A stretch of 64,000 nucleotides of DNA from contig JBHGNT010000013.1 in the NCBI GenBank assembly GCA_043228905.1, positions 19,034,001 to 19,098,000 on the forward strand, given 5' to 3'. The notes below the pieces were generated by a model. The model saw only the letters and a list, made by a program, of their open reading frames with translations, did no database searches and had not been told where the DNA came from. This document shows positions 48,260 through 58,049 of the stretch, in pieces; position 1 is the stretch's first letter; the number at the start of each line of letters is the position of its first letter. The translations under genes were made by a program, and so were the position numbers. The stretch comes from Azolla caroliniana (lineage: Eukaryota; Plantae; Polypodiophyta).

Positions 48260-51003
48260 AGAGAGAGAGAGAGAGAGATTATATTATCGTCTTCGGAGGT
48301 CAAATAGGACCTACGAGACCAAAAATATTACATTTCACATGATACGTGTGAAGGTGAGTAGCGATTCTCGATGTTCAAGAACTTTACCAATGAATGTTGC
48401 AATCGAGAGTACACATCATGGCTGTGAGAGAAATTCGTGCAAGGATTGGACTCGATCGAAGAGATGTGGAAAGCATGGTCGAATATGATCAAAGGCAGAG
48501 CATTGTATCAAAGTGTGATACTCAGACTCTCGAACTTGTTTAGGGCAAAGTGTGCATAGTCGGCCACTCTCATCACTTGTGCCCCAACGCCTAGTCTCAC
48601 ATGTCAATGCCGCGAAGATATTCGGATGGGCTCTAACATGTATCGATGTGTACGGCTTCTCCGTTCCGCGAAGAATATGGTTTTGTAGTTAGGTGCAACA
48701 TTTGTAGTATAATGTGTGAAGCGTGAGCCACCACATTTGTCCCATGTCATGATACATTGGTGTTGCAAAAAGGCCTCATTTACAGAGGAATCTAGTGATG
48801 CATCATGAAGCAAGTGTCTTGCATCCCATCTACCAAACCATTTTTTAAAATCTTGCATCCAACCGGAACACAAAATTTTGCTTTTATGCGTCTTTTGGAT
48901 ATTTTTGCTTGCTTCCCATGCAATTCTAGGAAGTCGATGTGAGGGACTTTTTTGAACCTTAAGCATGTATTCAACAACCCTTTCCATGGCCATGATCTCA
49001 ATGGGCAGCGATCCCGTCTCAAGTAGGAGGAGGGTGTAGGGTGTTTGTTTCTTAACTTGTAGAAACTTTGTAAGAAAATATTTTTGGACATTTTCAAACT
49101 CTTTCCACGTAGATTTAGGGATGTTACCACCCCATACTTCCACCCCATAGAGAAGAACCGGGGTCACCAAAGTGTCAAAACTTATCTCGAATGTTAAGAT
49201 TCGAACTCTTGACACGACCATGTTATAATCTAGTATTATGAGTTAACCAAGATATCTAGTACATAGTTATGTATGTAATTGGTCCTTATTATTTTGCTAG
49301 CATCATGTGCATAGTTGCTCCCTTGTAGAATTTACACTTGGCACATGCATGCATACCTACATGCTCTATTGTAGATTCATATGCGTGCAACAAGTATGCA
49401 TGCCATGTAGTATAAATAGAGGAGTTCACCTTGAAGGAATTCAAGGTGAACAACACCAGTTATGGGGTCTTTCCTTTAATACTATCTTCTTTCTTGTCCA
49501 TTTGGTTATCTTCTTGTTTGTCTCTTGAGCTTATGATCCGTGACAATTAATCTCTTTTTTGACTCTTCACAAGCATAATCTTTGTTTTAGAGCTATTGAC
49601 ACTTAATCTAGTATGCATGCAAAAAAATTTCAATGCCTTCATAAGCTTTTGTGCATCTCCTGAAGTAATTGCAAAAAGCACTACATCATCTGCATATAAC
49701 AAAAGCATAATCACAACATTCCCAATGGTAACTTCTTCAACACATTCTTCCTTTACAAACTTGGTAACCATTTCTTCTAATTCATCAATGCATAGACCAA
49801 ATAATGTTGGTGAGAGTGGGCATCCTTGCTTAACACCAATAGTGTTTTTAATCTGAAAGTCTATCTCTCATACGCACACAACATATAACCTTCTCATATA
49901 TTCACTTGGCACCTCAAGTTCTTCCATCCACCTCCAAAGATGCTCACGAGGTACCATATCAAAAGCTTTCTTGAAGTCTACAAAGCAACAATATAAACCT
50001 TTACCTCTAAGGCGACTTTCCTCCATTAATACTCGAAGAGTGACAAGATGATCAATGGTGCTATGGTGTTTTCAAAAACCAACTTGTCCATAAGCTCTCT
50101 TACCATTTTTTTCTGCCCATACACTTATCTTTGATTCCATTATACATCCAAATAGTTTTGCCATTAATGAGCCAACCATGATGGTTGGATAGTTGTTTAC
50201 ATTATTTACATCTCCGCCTTTATGTAAAGGTTTGATCCAATTTATAGTCCAATCATATGGCATACCATGTTGTAATGCATCATTAAACATATCATATATC
50301 CATATATGTGCTTCCTTTCCCGTCCATTTGAGGATTTCAGCTTTTATACATTAAAGATCGCTTGCCTTTCGAGAGGCCAATTTCTTAAGTCCTATGCATA
50401 TATCTTCAATTGTAAAGAAGGGAGACATATGTGAAAGAGAACCATAACACATCATCTTTCTGGTAAGAGATAACTCATATAAATTCTTACAATGCATAGA
50501 CAAGTCATGAAGAGTTAAGTCACCATAACTCTCAACACGTTTCCCCTTTAGATTTCCCCAAAATTTAACACATGCATTTGCTTTCTCTTGCGTTTGGAGA
50601 AGTTGTTGAGTAACTTCCCATATTCGTCTCTTTCTTTGAATAAGTCTTTTATAGTCATGCAAATGCTTTTGGTAATTTTCTTTATCCTTAACTACATCCA
50701 AAACCATAAGGTACTTTCAAGCTTCATGACATTCTTTATCAAACCATTTTTTCTTACATTTTTTGGTGCATTTCCATGATGTGCGGTTGGTCGAAAAACA
50801 TTTGTTTGTACAAGAGAGAATGACATTCTTAAAAGCTTCCCATTTGCATTCTAGTGTGGCAGCATGTTGTGTCTTAGTCATTTGTAACATATCCTCAAAC
50901 ATCTTGGAATAAATGGGCGCTCGCTTAAGATTCATGCTCAAGTGCGTTTGTTTACTATCTTCAATAACCTTCTCGCAATCAAACCTATGCATACATTTGA
51001 GAT
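48260..51003 (-). mobile_element. RTE-X-like LINE (linker, RT, C-terminal Cys motif, (TC)9 tail), interrupted
   Basis: PLHKGGD..NY, VDFKKAFD, GVKQGCPLSP, LLYADD, VNSSKTK. 3' end matches 10221-11303. Cut at 51003 by Copia G. Confidence 0.88.
49192..49545 (+). mobile_element. Solo LTR of the Gypsy E family (354 bp), no TSD
   Basis: Only a few differences from 51226-51578 and 61337-61690. Flanks TCGAA and ATTAA differ. Confidence 0.93.
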
Positions 51004-51580
51004 TGTAAACGATTACTTGCGGAAGCGTTAGAAAATAGAGAAGGTAGGGAATATTGTTGCCGATTAGGAACACGATCCGTGGTCAGTCCTTCGACCTAGA
51101 CCTCAAAGTGGGTGTGGAACAACGAACAGGTGTTTAAGCGTAATGCGTAGGGGAAGAATCCCTGTAACCTATCAGCGTATAAGGGAGACGGCTACAACCA
51201 AATCCCTATCAAGGGTTACACTTACTGTCAAGATTCGAACTCTTGACACGACCATGTTATAATCTAGTATTATGAGTTAACCAAGATATCTAGTACATAG
51301 TTATGTATGTAATTGGTCCTTATTATTTTGCTAGCATCATGTGCATAGTTGCTCCCTTTTAGTATTTACACTTGGCACATGCATACATACCTACATGCTC
51401 TATTGTAGATTCACATGCGTGCAACAAGTATGCATGCCATGTAGTATAAATAGAGGAGTTCACCTTGAAGGAATTCAAGGTGAACAACACCAGTTATGGA
51501 GTCTTTCCTTAATACTATCTTCTTTCTTGTCCATTTGGTTATCTTCTTGTTTGTCTCTTGAGCTTATGATCCATGACAGT

Positions 51581-51591
51581 TTGTTCACCTT
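51581..51591 (+). promoter_or_regulatory. Non-tRNA (self-priming) primer-binding site TTGTTCACCTT
   Basis: Exact complement of AAGGTGAACAA (51477-51487), which starts 32 nt downstream of the start of TATAAATA (51445). No TGG-initiated PBS is present. Confidence 0.8.
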
Positions 51592-51628
51592 CCCATCCTC
51601 ATAGCTCTCCCTCTCATAAGCCATAGCT

Positions 51629-52513
51629 ATGTCCGACTCAACTAGTGAGTTAGGCCAAATAATGGTAGCCTTACGACAACTACAGCTTGAAAATGAAGCT
51701 CTTCGAAATTCTTTACAAGAACTTCAAGTCGGTACCTCCCTATCCTCACAACCCCCGAACCCTAGTCTCCCACAACAACCTAGCCTAGAGCCCGATCTTC
51801 TACCAACATCTAGCCTAGCTTCGTCACAGTTTCTTGAGCCTAAGGTTAGCCTCCTAGAAAAATTTGATGGAACGAGGTCGTGTTTCCGAGGGCTCATCAA
51901 CCAAGTTCGACTTATCATTCGGCTACAACCTCAACGTTATGGAGATGGTCTTCGACAAGTCGGCCCAAGCTTGGTTTGCACCATTGGTAGAAACCTCGTC
52001 ACCTCTATTGGAGGACTTTCCCACCTTGCTTCAGAATTTCGACAACTAGCATGCGACATCAATTGGGATGATCAAGCTTTAGCTGATCACTTTCGGCGCG
52101 GCCTTCGAAGCAATGTCAAGAATCTTCTCTTAAACTTTCCGGAGCCCACCTCGTTATCCCAAGCGATTTCACAAGCAGTCCATTGTGACAATCGTCTTTT
52201 CGAATTTCGCCAAGAAGAGCGCCGAACTTGGGTTCCACCTCATTCACTTCCACGCCACGCCCCGGTCATACAACCCCAAGCATCCTCACACTCGCCTACT
52301 TTGGCAGATGCTCCTATCCCCATGGAAATTGATTGAGCCCGATTTTGGCCATTGACTGATGCTGAACAACAATTTCGGCGGGCTAATGGCTTGTGCATGT
52401 ATTGTGGCGCCTCCGGTCATGTCGTTCGCCATTGTCCTAGGAGTACTCGCCCACAATTCCATCGAGCTAACGGACCCCAACATCCGGAAAACGACATTGT
52501 TCGATTGCAGTAG
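51629..52513 (+). pseudogene. Gypsy E gag
   Basis: EPKVSLLEKFDGTR, FRRGL, PMEID, CMYCGASGHVVRHC knuckle. Premature TGA at 52334 and internal deletions. Confidence 0.88.
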
Positions 52514-52531
52514 GAGCCATGCGACTGGACA
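52486..52531 (+). promoter_or_regulatory. Candidate -1 frameshift signal G GAA AAC plus stem-loop at the gag/pol junction
   Basis: The heptamer is in the gag frame and the -1 frame is open into the ALLDSGAS protease. Stem 52498-52509 / 52520-52531. Confidence 0.7.
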
Positions 52532-52695
52532 TCTCCCGTCACCCACATTCTCTTGGTTCCATTGCCGGACCATCAAGCAATTTCACATTGGAGGTATGGC
52601 TTTTGTTTAACTCTAGTTCCATTCAGTCTGTTGCTTTACTTGATTCTGGGGCATCTTCTTGCTTCATCGACGTCGTGTTTGCCCAAGCACATGGC

Positions 52696-55600
52696 TGTTG
52701 TAGGCGAGGAAGGTCGTCAATGCGGAAGATCGAGAAGCATTCGATCCCTGTTTCTTCCCTGTGTATGATAGAATGTAGGTCGTTGCACAGAGAGAGAGAG
52801 AGACAAAAAACTCTATATTCCAATAGACAAGAATACAACAATCCAACCTTACAAAAAGGTTACAAGGTCACTATATATAGTGACTGACTTAGGGCAATTA
52901 CCCTTTATGCTAATTACATAAATGGCCAAAACGGGATAGTGTGAATACGTCCATTATACACATGTATTCGACACTCCCCCGTAATGGGCGTATACATGGG
53001 TTATCTAAGATTACAGGTATAGACTTGGGTTCTCGGACATATCAGCTTTGTTCGAGTCGGCAGGGTCCGAAAGCAGAAGACCGAACTGGTCGGGTCGGAA
53101 CAGTTGAAGCCGATCATTAAGGAACTGATGTCGGTTGTCGGGAACCATCCTGCTCTGTGTCCGGCTCTAACCGGACTGGTTTGTCGTTACGCCCATCTAA
53201 TGCCGAAGAGACCGAAAACGGTCTGCCGAAAGACACTTGGTCATTCCATCTGCGACATTGTCGGTTGTGGATATTTTCTCTAGACCGATTTTCCCTGAAA
53301 TGACGCAGTCCCGAACGAAGTGATATCGAACGTCGATATGTTTGGAGGCGTTGTGGTGAACCGGATTTTTCGACAGGGCAACAGCACCTTGACTGTCGCT
53401 GTAGACAACTGGAGCTGAGTCATGGTCGACTTGTCGAAACGTGTGCGCCAGCCGACCGAGCCACAAAGCTTCTTTTGCTGCGTCGGACGCAGCTACATAT
53501 TCTGCTTCGGTTGTTGAGGTCGCTGTGCACTCCTGAAGTTTCGACTTCCACGAGATTGCTCCATTGCCGAATTTGAAGCAGTATCCGGTTGTTGATTTTC
53601 GACTGTCTATACAGCCGGCGAAATCCGAGTCGGTGTAACCGACTACGCCTGAGGTTCGGTTCGGACCGAAAAGAATGCCATGGTCTTTTGTGCCAGCCAG
53701 ATATCTGAACACATGCTTGACTGCGTTCCAATGCGATCGGCCAGGATTGTGCATAAATCTGCTAACGACTCCTACGGCATGAGAGATATCAGGCCGTGTC
53801 GCGACCATCAGGTACATAAGGGAGCCGACTGCCGGTGCATACGGTACCGACTTCATATCTTCCCCCTCCGGACCGGATGCCGGGCAGTCTCGCTGAGAGA
53901 GCCGAAGATTCATGGGGAGCGGGGTTGAAGCAGATTTGGCTGATTGCATGTTGAAGCGTTCCAAGACACGTCCGATGTAGTCGGTCTGAGACAAAAAAAG
54001 GTGTCGTTTATCGCGATGCCGACTAATCTTCATGCCGAGTATGTGTCGTGCCGGACCGAGGTCCTTCATGGCAAACTTCAACCGCAGTTGCCGAACGAGA
54101 TCGGCAAGTTCGCCCGCGTGGCGTCCAGAAATTAGCATGTCGTCCACGTAAATGATGAGGAAGATGGGTGATCCATCTTGAGCTGTGTTGGTAAAGAGAC
54201 AATGGTCCTCATCGCTTTTTGAGAAGCCGATCGATTGGATGAAGTCGTCGAACTTCTTGTACCATTGTCGCGGTGCCTGTTTGAGGCCGTATAGACTCTT
54301 CCTGAGTCGGCAGACTAGATGTTCTTGGCCAGGTGCCACGAAGCCTTTTGGCTGCTCCATATAAATTTCCTCCTCGAGATCACCATGGAGGAAGGCTGTT
54401 TTGACATCTAGCTGAATCAGCTCCAAGTTGTCGGCTGCCACTACGCCGAGCAGAAAACGAAGGGTTGTCATTTTCACCACTGGTGAGAAAATCTCGTCGA
54501 AGTCGACGCCATATTCTTGTCGGAAGCCCTTCGCAACTAATCTGGCCTTGTACTTTGGGGTGGTCGAATCAGACGTCTCTTTTAGTCGATAAACCCACTT
54601 GCAAGGAAGAGCACGTTGGTTCCTAGGTAATTCGACCAGATCCCAAGTCTTGTTTGCCCGAATGGAGTGCATTTCCGACTCCATCGCCAGATGCCAGGTG
54701 GCGGAATCGACAGATGTCGATGCTTCTTCGTAAGACGTCGGTTCGCCGGCGTCGGTGAAGAAAATTCCAGGAGAGTACCTCTCCGGAGGTTGCGACAGTC
54801 TCTCGGATCGTCGAGGTATGATTGGACTGGTCGCATCGGGTATCGTGGTCGGATGGTCCGAAAGCGAGTTGTTCTGCTGTGCCGAGTCGGAGTTGTCCGA
54901 GTCGGTAGAGTAAGGTTCAGCTACCCGTGAAGCTGACCGTGTGTTGAGAGCGGGGCCTTCTTGAAGGGTCGGCACATCGGAAAATGTTACCCTTCGGACT
55001 TCGATTGGTTTTTCGACGGATGGGTTCATAGCCGACTCGTTGAACACAACGTCCGAACTTCGAACGATTTGCCTGCGTTCGGGGTCCCAGAGTCGGTATC
55101 CCATTTCGCCGTCGGATCCATATCCAAGGAAAATGCATTTCCTGGACCGAGGTGCAAGTTTTCGGCGATCATCTTTCGGAATGAGGGCGTACGCCTCGCA
55201 TCCGAAGATCCTCAGCTTGTCGTAATTCGGCTTACTGCCGATCCATAGTTCCTGAGGAATTTGAAGTCCTAGAGGTCTACTTGGCGACATATTGATTATG
55301 TGTACTGCCGTGAGTAGAGCCTCTGCCCAGAAGCCATCCGACAGTCCGGAGTGTTGGAGCCTGAAAACTGTCCGTTCTTGGATTGTCCGATTCATTCGTT
55401 CTGCAATCCCGTTTTGCTCCGGACTGTGTGGTGCCGTAAGTTCACGTCGGATGCCGCGTTGTCGGCAGAATTTGACGAATTCTTCGGATTTAAACTCTCC
55501 CCCGTTGTCGGTTCGAAAGCATTTCAGCTTTCGGTCGGTTTGATTTTCCACCATAGCGAGCCAATCGGTGAAGATCGAGAAGACACGATCTTTGGTGCGA

Positions 55601-58044
55601 ATTGGATAAGCCCACACCTTTCGAGTCGAATCGTCAATAAAACTGACGAAGTAAGAGGCACCGCCTAGAGACTGATGCGGCATTGGGCCACAGACGTCCG
55701 AATGGACTAAATCAAGAGGTCTCGTTTCTCTTGGTGCTGATGTCGGGTGTGATGCAGCTGCTTGTTTGCCATACTGGCAATGCTCGCAGAATTGATGGTC
55801 GGAGAAGGAGAGTTTTGGGATGTATCCGGCTCTAGATAGATGCGTGATGCCGGCCTTGCTGAGGTGTCCTAATCTTCTGTGCCATAGTGATGACACAGGG
55901 ATATCCACCAAAAACAGGTTACCCTCTCTGAGCGTAACATGTAACGGATACAGTGAGTGTATCTTGGGTCCTCTAGCAAGCAGGAGGTTCCCCCTGTGGA
56001 GTGTCCACCCTCCCGAAGAAAAGCCGGCACGAATGCCGTCTTCATCTAGTTGTCCGACTGAGATCAATGGCCTTGAGAGCTCGGGTACATGTCGGACATT
56101 GTGGAGTACAAGTGTAGAGCCACCTGCAAGGTTGAGCTCTACTATGCCGATTCCGATGATGTCACAGTGTTGTGAGTTGCCGACTCGAACTGAGTCGGAG
56201 TGACGGATCGTATATTGCCGAAATTGGGATCGATGAGGAGTCACGTGAAATGACGCGCCCGAATCCAAGAGCCACGTGCTCGATTCTTCAGTCGTGAGCA
56301 GAACTTCTGATCCGACTGGATTTTCGATTGATAGTATATTCGGGTCGTCCGGTAGTACATCAGCTGAGAAGCTGACGTAATTGATCTCCTCATGCCGGCC
56401 ACTCTTCTTGTTGTTCTTGTTCTTGAGTGCGCGGCAGTCGGCTTTGATGTGTCCGGGTTTCTTGCAGTAGTTGCAGATTCGGTTATCCCGTGACTGGCTC
56501 CGTCTTCGCTGATTGTTCGGCGGCCGTGAGTAATCTCTTCCTCGTATGTTCGATCGGTCTGTCGAACCTTGTACTACGTAAGCGTCGTCTGTTGAGTCTT
56601 TGGCAAAAGACTTTCTCCGAGCTGCTTCGGTCAGGATTGCGCTCGTGACTTCGGAGTATTTAACAGCCGTGGTTGACGCGTTGCACACGGTTGTGACGAA
56701 AGTTTCCCATGATGAGGGAAGGCTACTCATGAGTATCATTGCTCTGAGTTCATCCTCGATTGCCGTCCCCTGTGACGAGATTTGGGAGCTTATGCTTTCG
56801 TACTCATTGAGGTGTGCTTGAACCGAATCGGATTCTTTCATCCGCAAGTTGTAGAGTCGCCGGATCAGAAACATCTTTGTTGCGGCGACCTTCTTTTCGT
56901 AAGTGTCCGACAGTGTTTTCCACAGTTCAAATGCTGTCGTACACGATTGCACCGTAAAGTATACCGATTCCGATAGGTGCATCCGAATCGTGGCGCGGAC
57001 GATTCTGTCCAGCTTCTGCCACTCAATTGGTTTGTATCCTTCTGGAGGTTCTTCATTTTCGATGGGATCGATTTGCCCCTTGACTATGAGATAGTCCTGC
57101 ATTTGCTCCTTCCAGAAGTTAAAGTTCGATCCATCGAACTTTCGTAGACTCATTTCTGACGAGCCGGATGTTGATGCCATCAAATTGGGTTTCGGTTGAC
57201 GAAGCTCGGTTCGGAGTTGACTACGAGCCTTGTTGGAGTGCAGCCGGTTGGCTCACCCGATATCGTTCTAGTCGGATTTGAACCCGAGTCGGTTCGGCTT
57301 CGGAACTTGCTCGAATTGACTCCGGTAACTTGAGGGACAGAACCGACTGGTCTTCCCGAATGTCGCCGAGTCGGAGTGAGCCCGGTTCGATTCGGATATA
57401 TATGCCGAATACCGATTATTGAAACCGATTATCTGGACTGATTCGGCTTCGGTTGACTGCAGCGATGAGAGAGACGGATCCGACTGATCCTCCCGAATGT
57501 CGATCAGCCAGATGAAGCACGAATTTGGGTTGTTGTCAGAGTTGCACAAGGGGATTTCACCTCGAGCGGTTACGATCACAGGGGACAGAGTACAACCTGC
57601 TGGCTTACTCCAAGCAAGGGGATCTAACGCGATGAGGTGCAAACCTCGTTTTTGTTCTTCTTCTCTCTTTCTTCGAATGACGCGAATACTGTGCAGGCCG
57701 TGTTGAGGTGAAGAACCGAATGTTGTGCAGGCGGTGATGACGGCCGAACCTTGCTCTGATACCAGATGTTGTAGGCGAGGAAGGTCGTCAATGCGGAAGA
57801 TCGAGAAGCATTCGATCCCTGTTTCTTCCCTGTGTATGATAGAATGTAGGTCGTTGCACAGAGAGAGAGAGAGACAAAAAACTCTATATTCCAATAGACA
57901 AGAATACAACAATCCAACCTTACAAAAAGGTTACAAGGTCACTATATATAGTGACTGACTTAGGGCAATTACCCTTTATGCTAATTACATAAATGGCCAA
58001 AACGGGATAGTGTGAATACGTCCATTATACACATGTATTCGACA
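52696..58044 (-). mobile_element. Young Ty1/copia F (Tnt1/Tork-like) inserted in the Gypsy E protease
   Basis: 278-bp LTRs (52696-52973 and 57767-58044) with no differences seen. ATGGC TSD, Met PBS at 57764-57753, PPT GGGGGAG. Confidence 0.98.
53197..57180 (-). CDS. Copia gag-pol polyprotein (about 1327 aa)
   Basis: CNYCKKPGHIKADC, LLDSGASFH, HSDVC/DNGGEF, IYVDD, TDSD/EAEY. ATG at 57180. The final TAG may be slightly premature. Confidence 0.95.
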   Translation of the reverse strand: MASTSGSSEMSLRKFDGSNFNFWKEQMQDYLIVKGQIDPIENEEPPEGYKPIEWQKLDRIVRATIRMHLSESVYFTVQSCTTAFELWKTLSDTYEKKVAATKMFLIRRLYNLRMKESDSVQAHLNEYESISSQISSQGTAIEDELRAMILMSSLPSSWETFVTTVCNASTTAVKYSEVTSAILTEAARRKSFAKDSTDDAYVVQGSTDRSNIRGRDYSRPPNNQRRRSQSRDNRICNYCKKPGHIKADCRALKNKNNKKSGRHEEINYVSFSADVLPDDPNILSIENPVGSEVLLTTEESSTWLLDSGASFHVTPHRSQFRQYTIRHSDSVRVGNSQHCDIIGIGIVELNLAGGSTLVLHNVRHVPELSRPLISVGQLDEDGIRAGFSSGGWTLHRGNLLLARGPKIHSLYPLHVTLREGNLFLVDIPVSSLWHRRLGHLSKAGITHLSRAGYIPKLSFSDHQFCEHCQYGKQAAASHPTSAPRETRPLDLVHSDVCGPMPHQSLGGASYFVSFIDDSTRKVWAYPIRTKDRVFSIFTDWLAMVENQTDRKLKCFRTDNGGEFKSEEFVKFCRQRGIRRELTAPHSPEQNGIAERMNRTIQERTVFRLQHSGLSDGFWAEALLTAVHIINMSPSRPLGLQIPQELWIGSKPNYDKLRIFGCEAYALIPKDDRRKLAPRSRKCIFLGYGSDGEMGYRLWDPERRQIVRSSDVVFNESAMNPSVEKPIEVRRVTFSDVPTLQEGPALNTRSASRVAEPYSTDSDNSDSAQQNNSLSDHPTTIPDATSPIIPRRSERLSQPPERYSPGIFFTDAGEPTSYEEASTSVDSATWHLAMESEMHSIRANKTWDLVELPRNQRALPCKWVYRLKETSDSTTPKYKARLVAKGFRQEYGVDFDEIFSPVVKMTTLRFLLGVVAADNLELIQLDVKTAFLHGDLEEEIYMEQPKGFVAPGQEHLVCRLRKSLYGLKQAPRQWYKKFDDFIQSIGFSKSDEDHCLFTNTAQDGSPIFLIIYVDDMLISGRHAGELADLVRQLRLKFAMKDLGPARHILGMKISRHRDKRHLFLSQTDYIGRVLERFNMQSAKSASTPLPMNLRLSQRDCPASGPEGEDMKSVPYAPAVGSLMYLMVATRPDISHAVGVVSRFMHNPGRSHWNAVKHVFRYLAGTKDHGILFGPNRTSGVVGYTDSDFAGCIDSRKSTTGYCFKFGNGAISWKSKLQECTATSTTEAEYVAASDAAKEALWLGRLAHTFRQVDHDSAPVVYSDSQGAVALSKNPVHHNASKHIDVRYHFVRDCVISGKIGLEKISTTDNVADGMTKCLSADRFRSLRH

Positions 58045-58049
58045 ATGGC

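Noticed and set aside
52510-52536. Pseudoknot (GGAG/CUCC) at the chromovirus frameshift site
   Set aside because: Only 1 nt separates the 12-bp stem from CUCC, which is sterically doubtful. Kept as a stem-loop only.
57268-57912. 214-aa ORF spanning the Copia F LTR, PBS and leader
   Set aside because: Non-ATG start inside the LTR and no recognisable domain. Probably a chance open frame.
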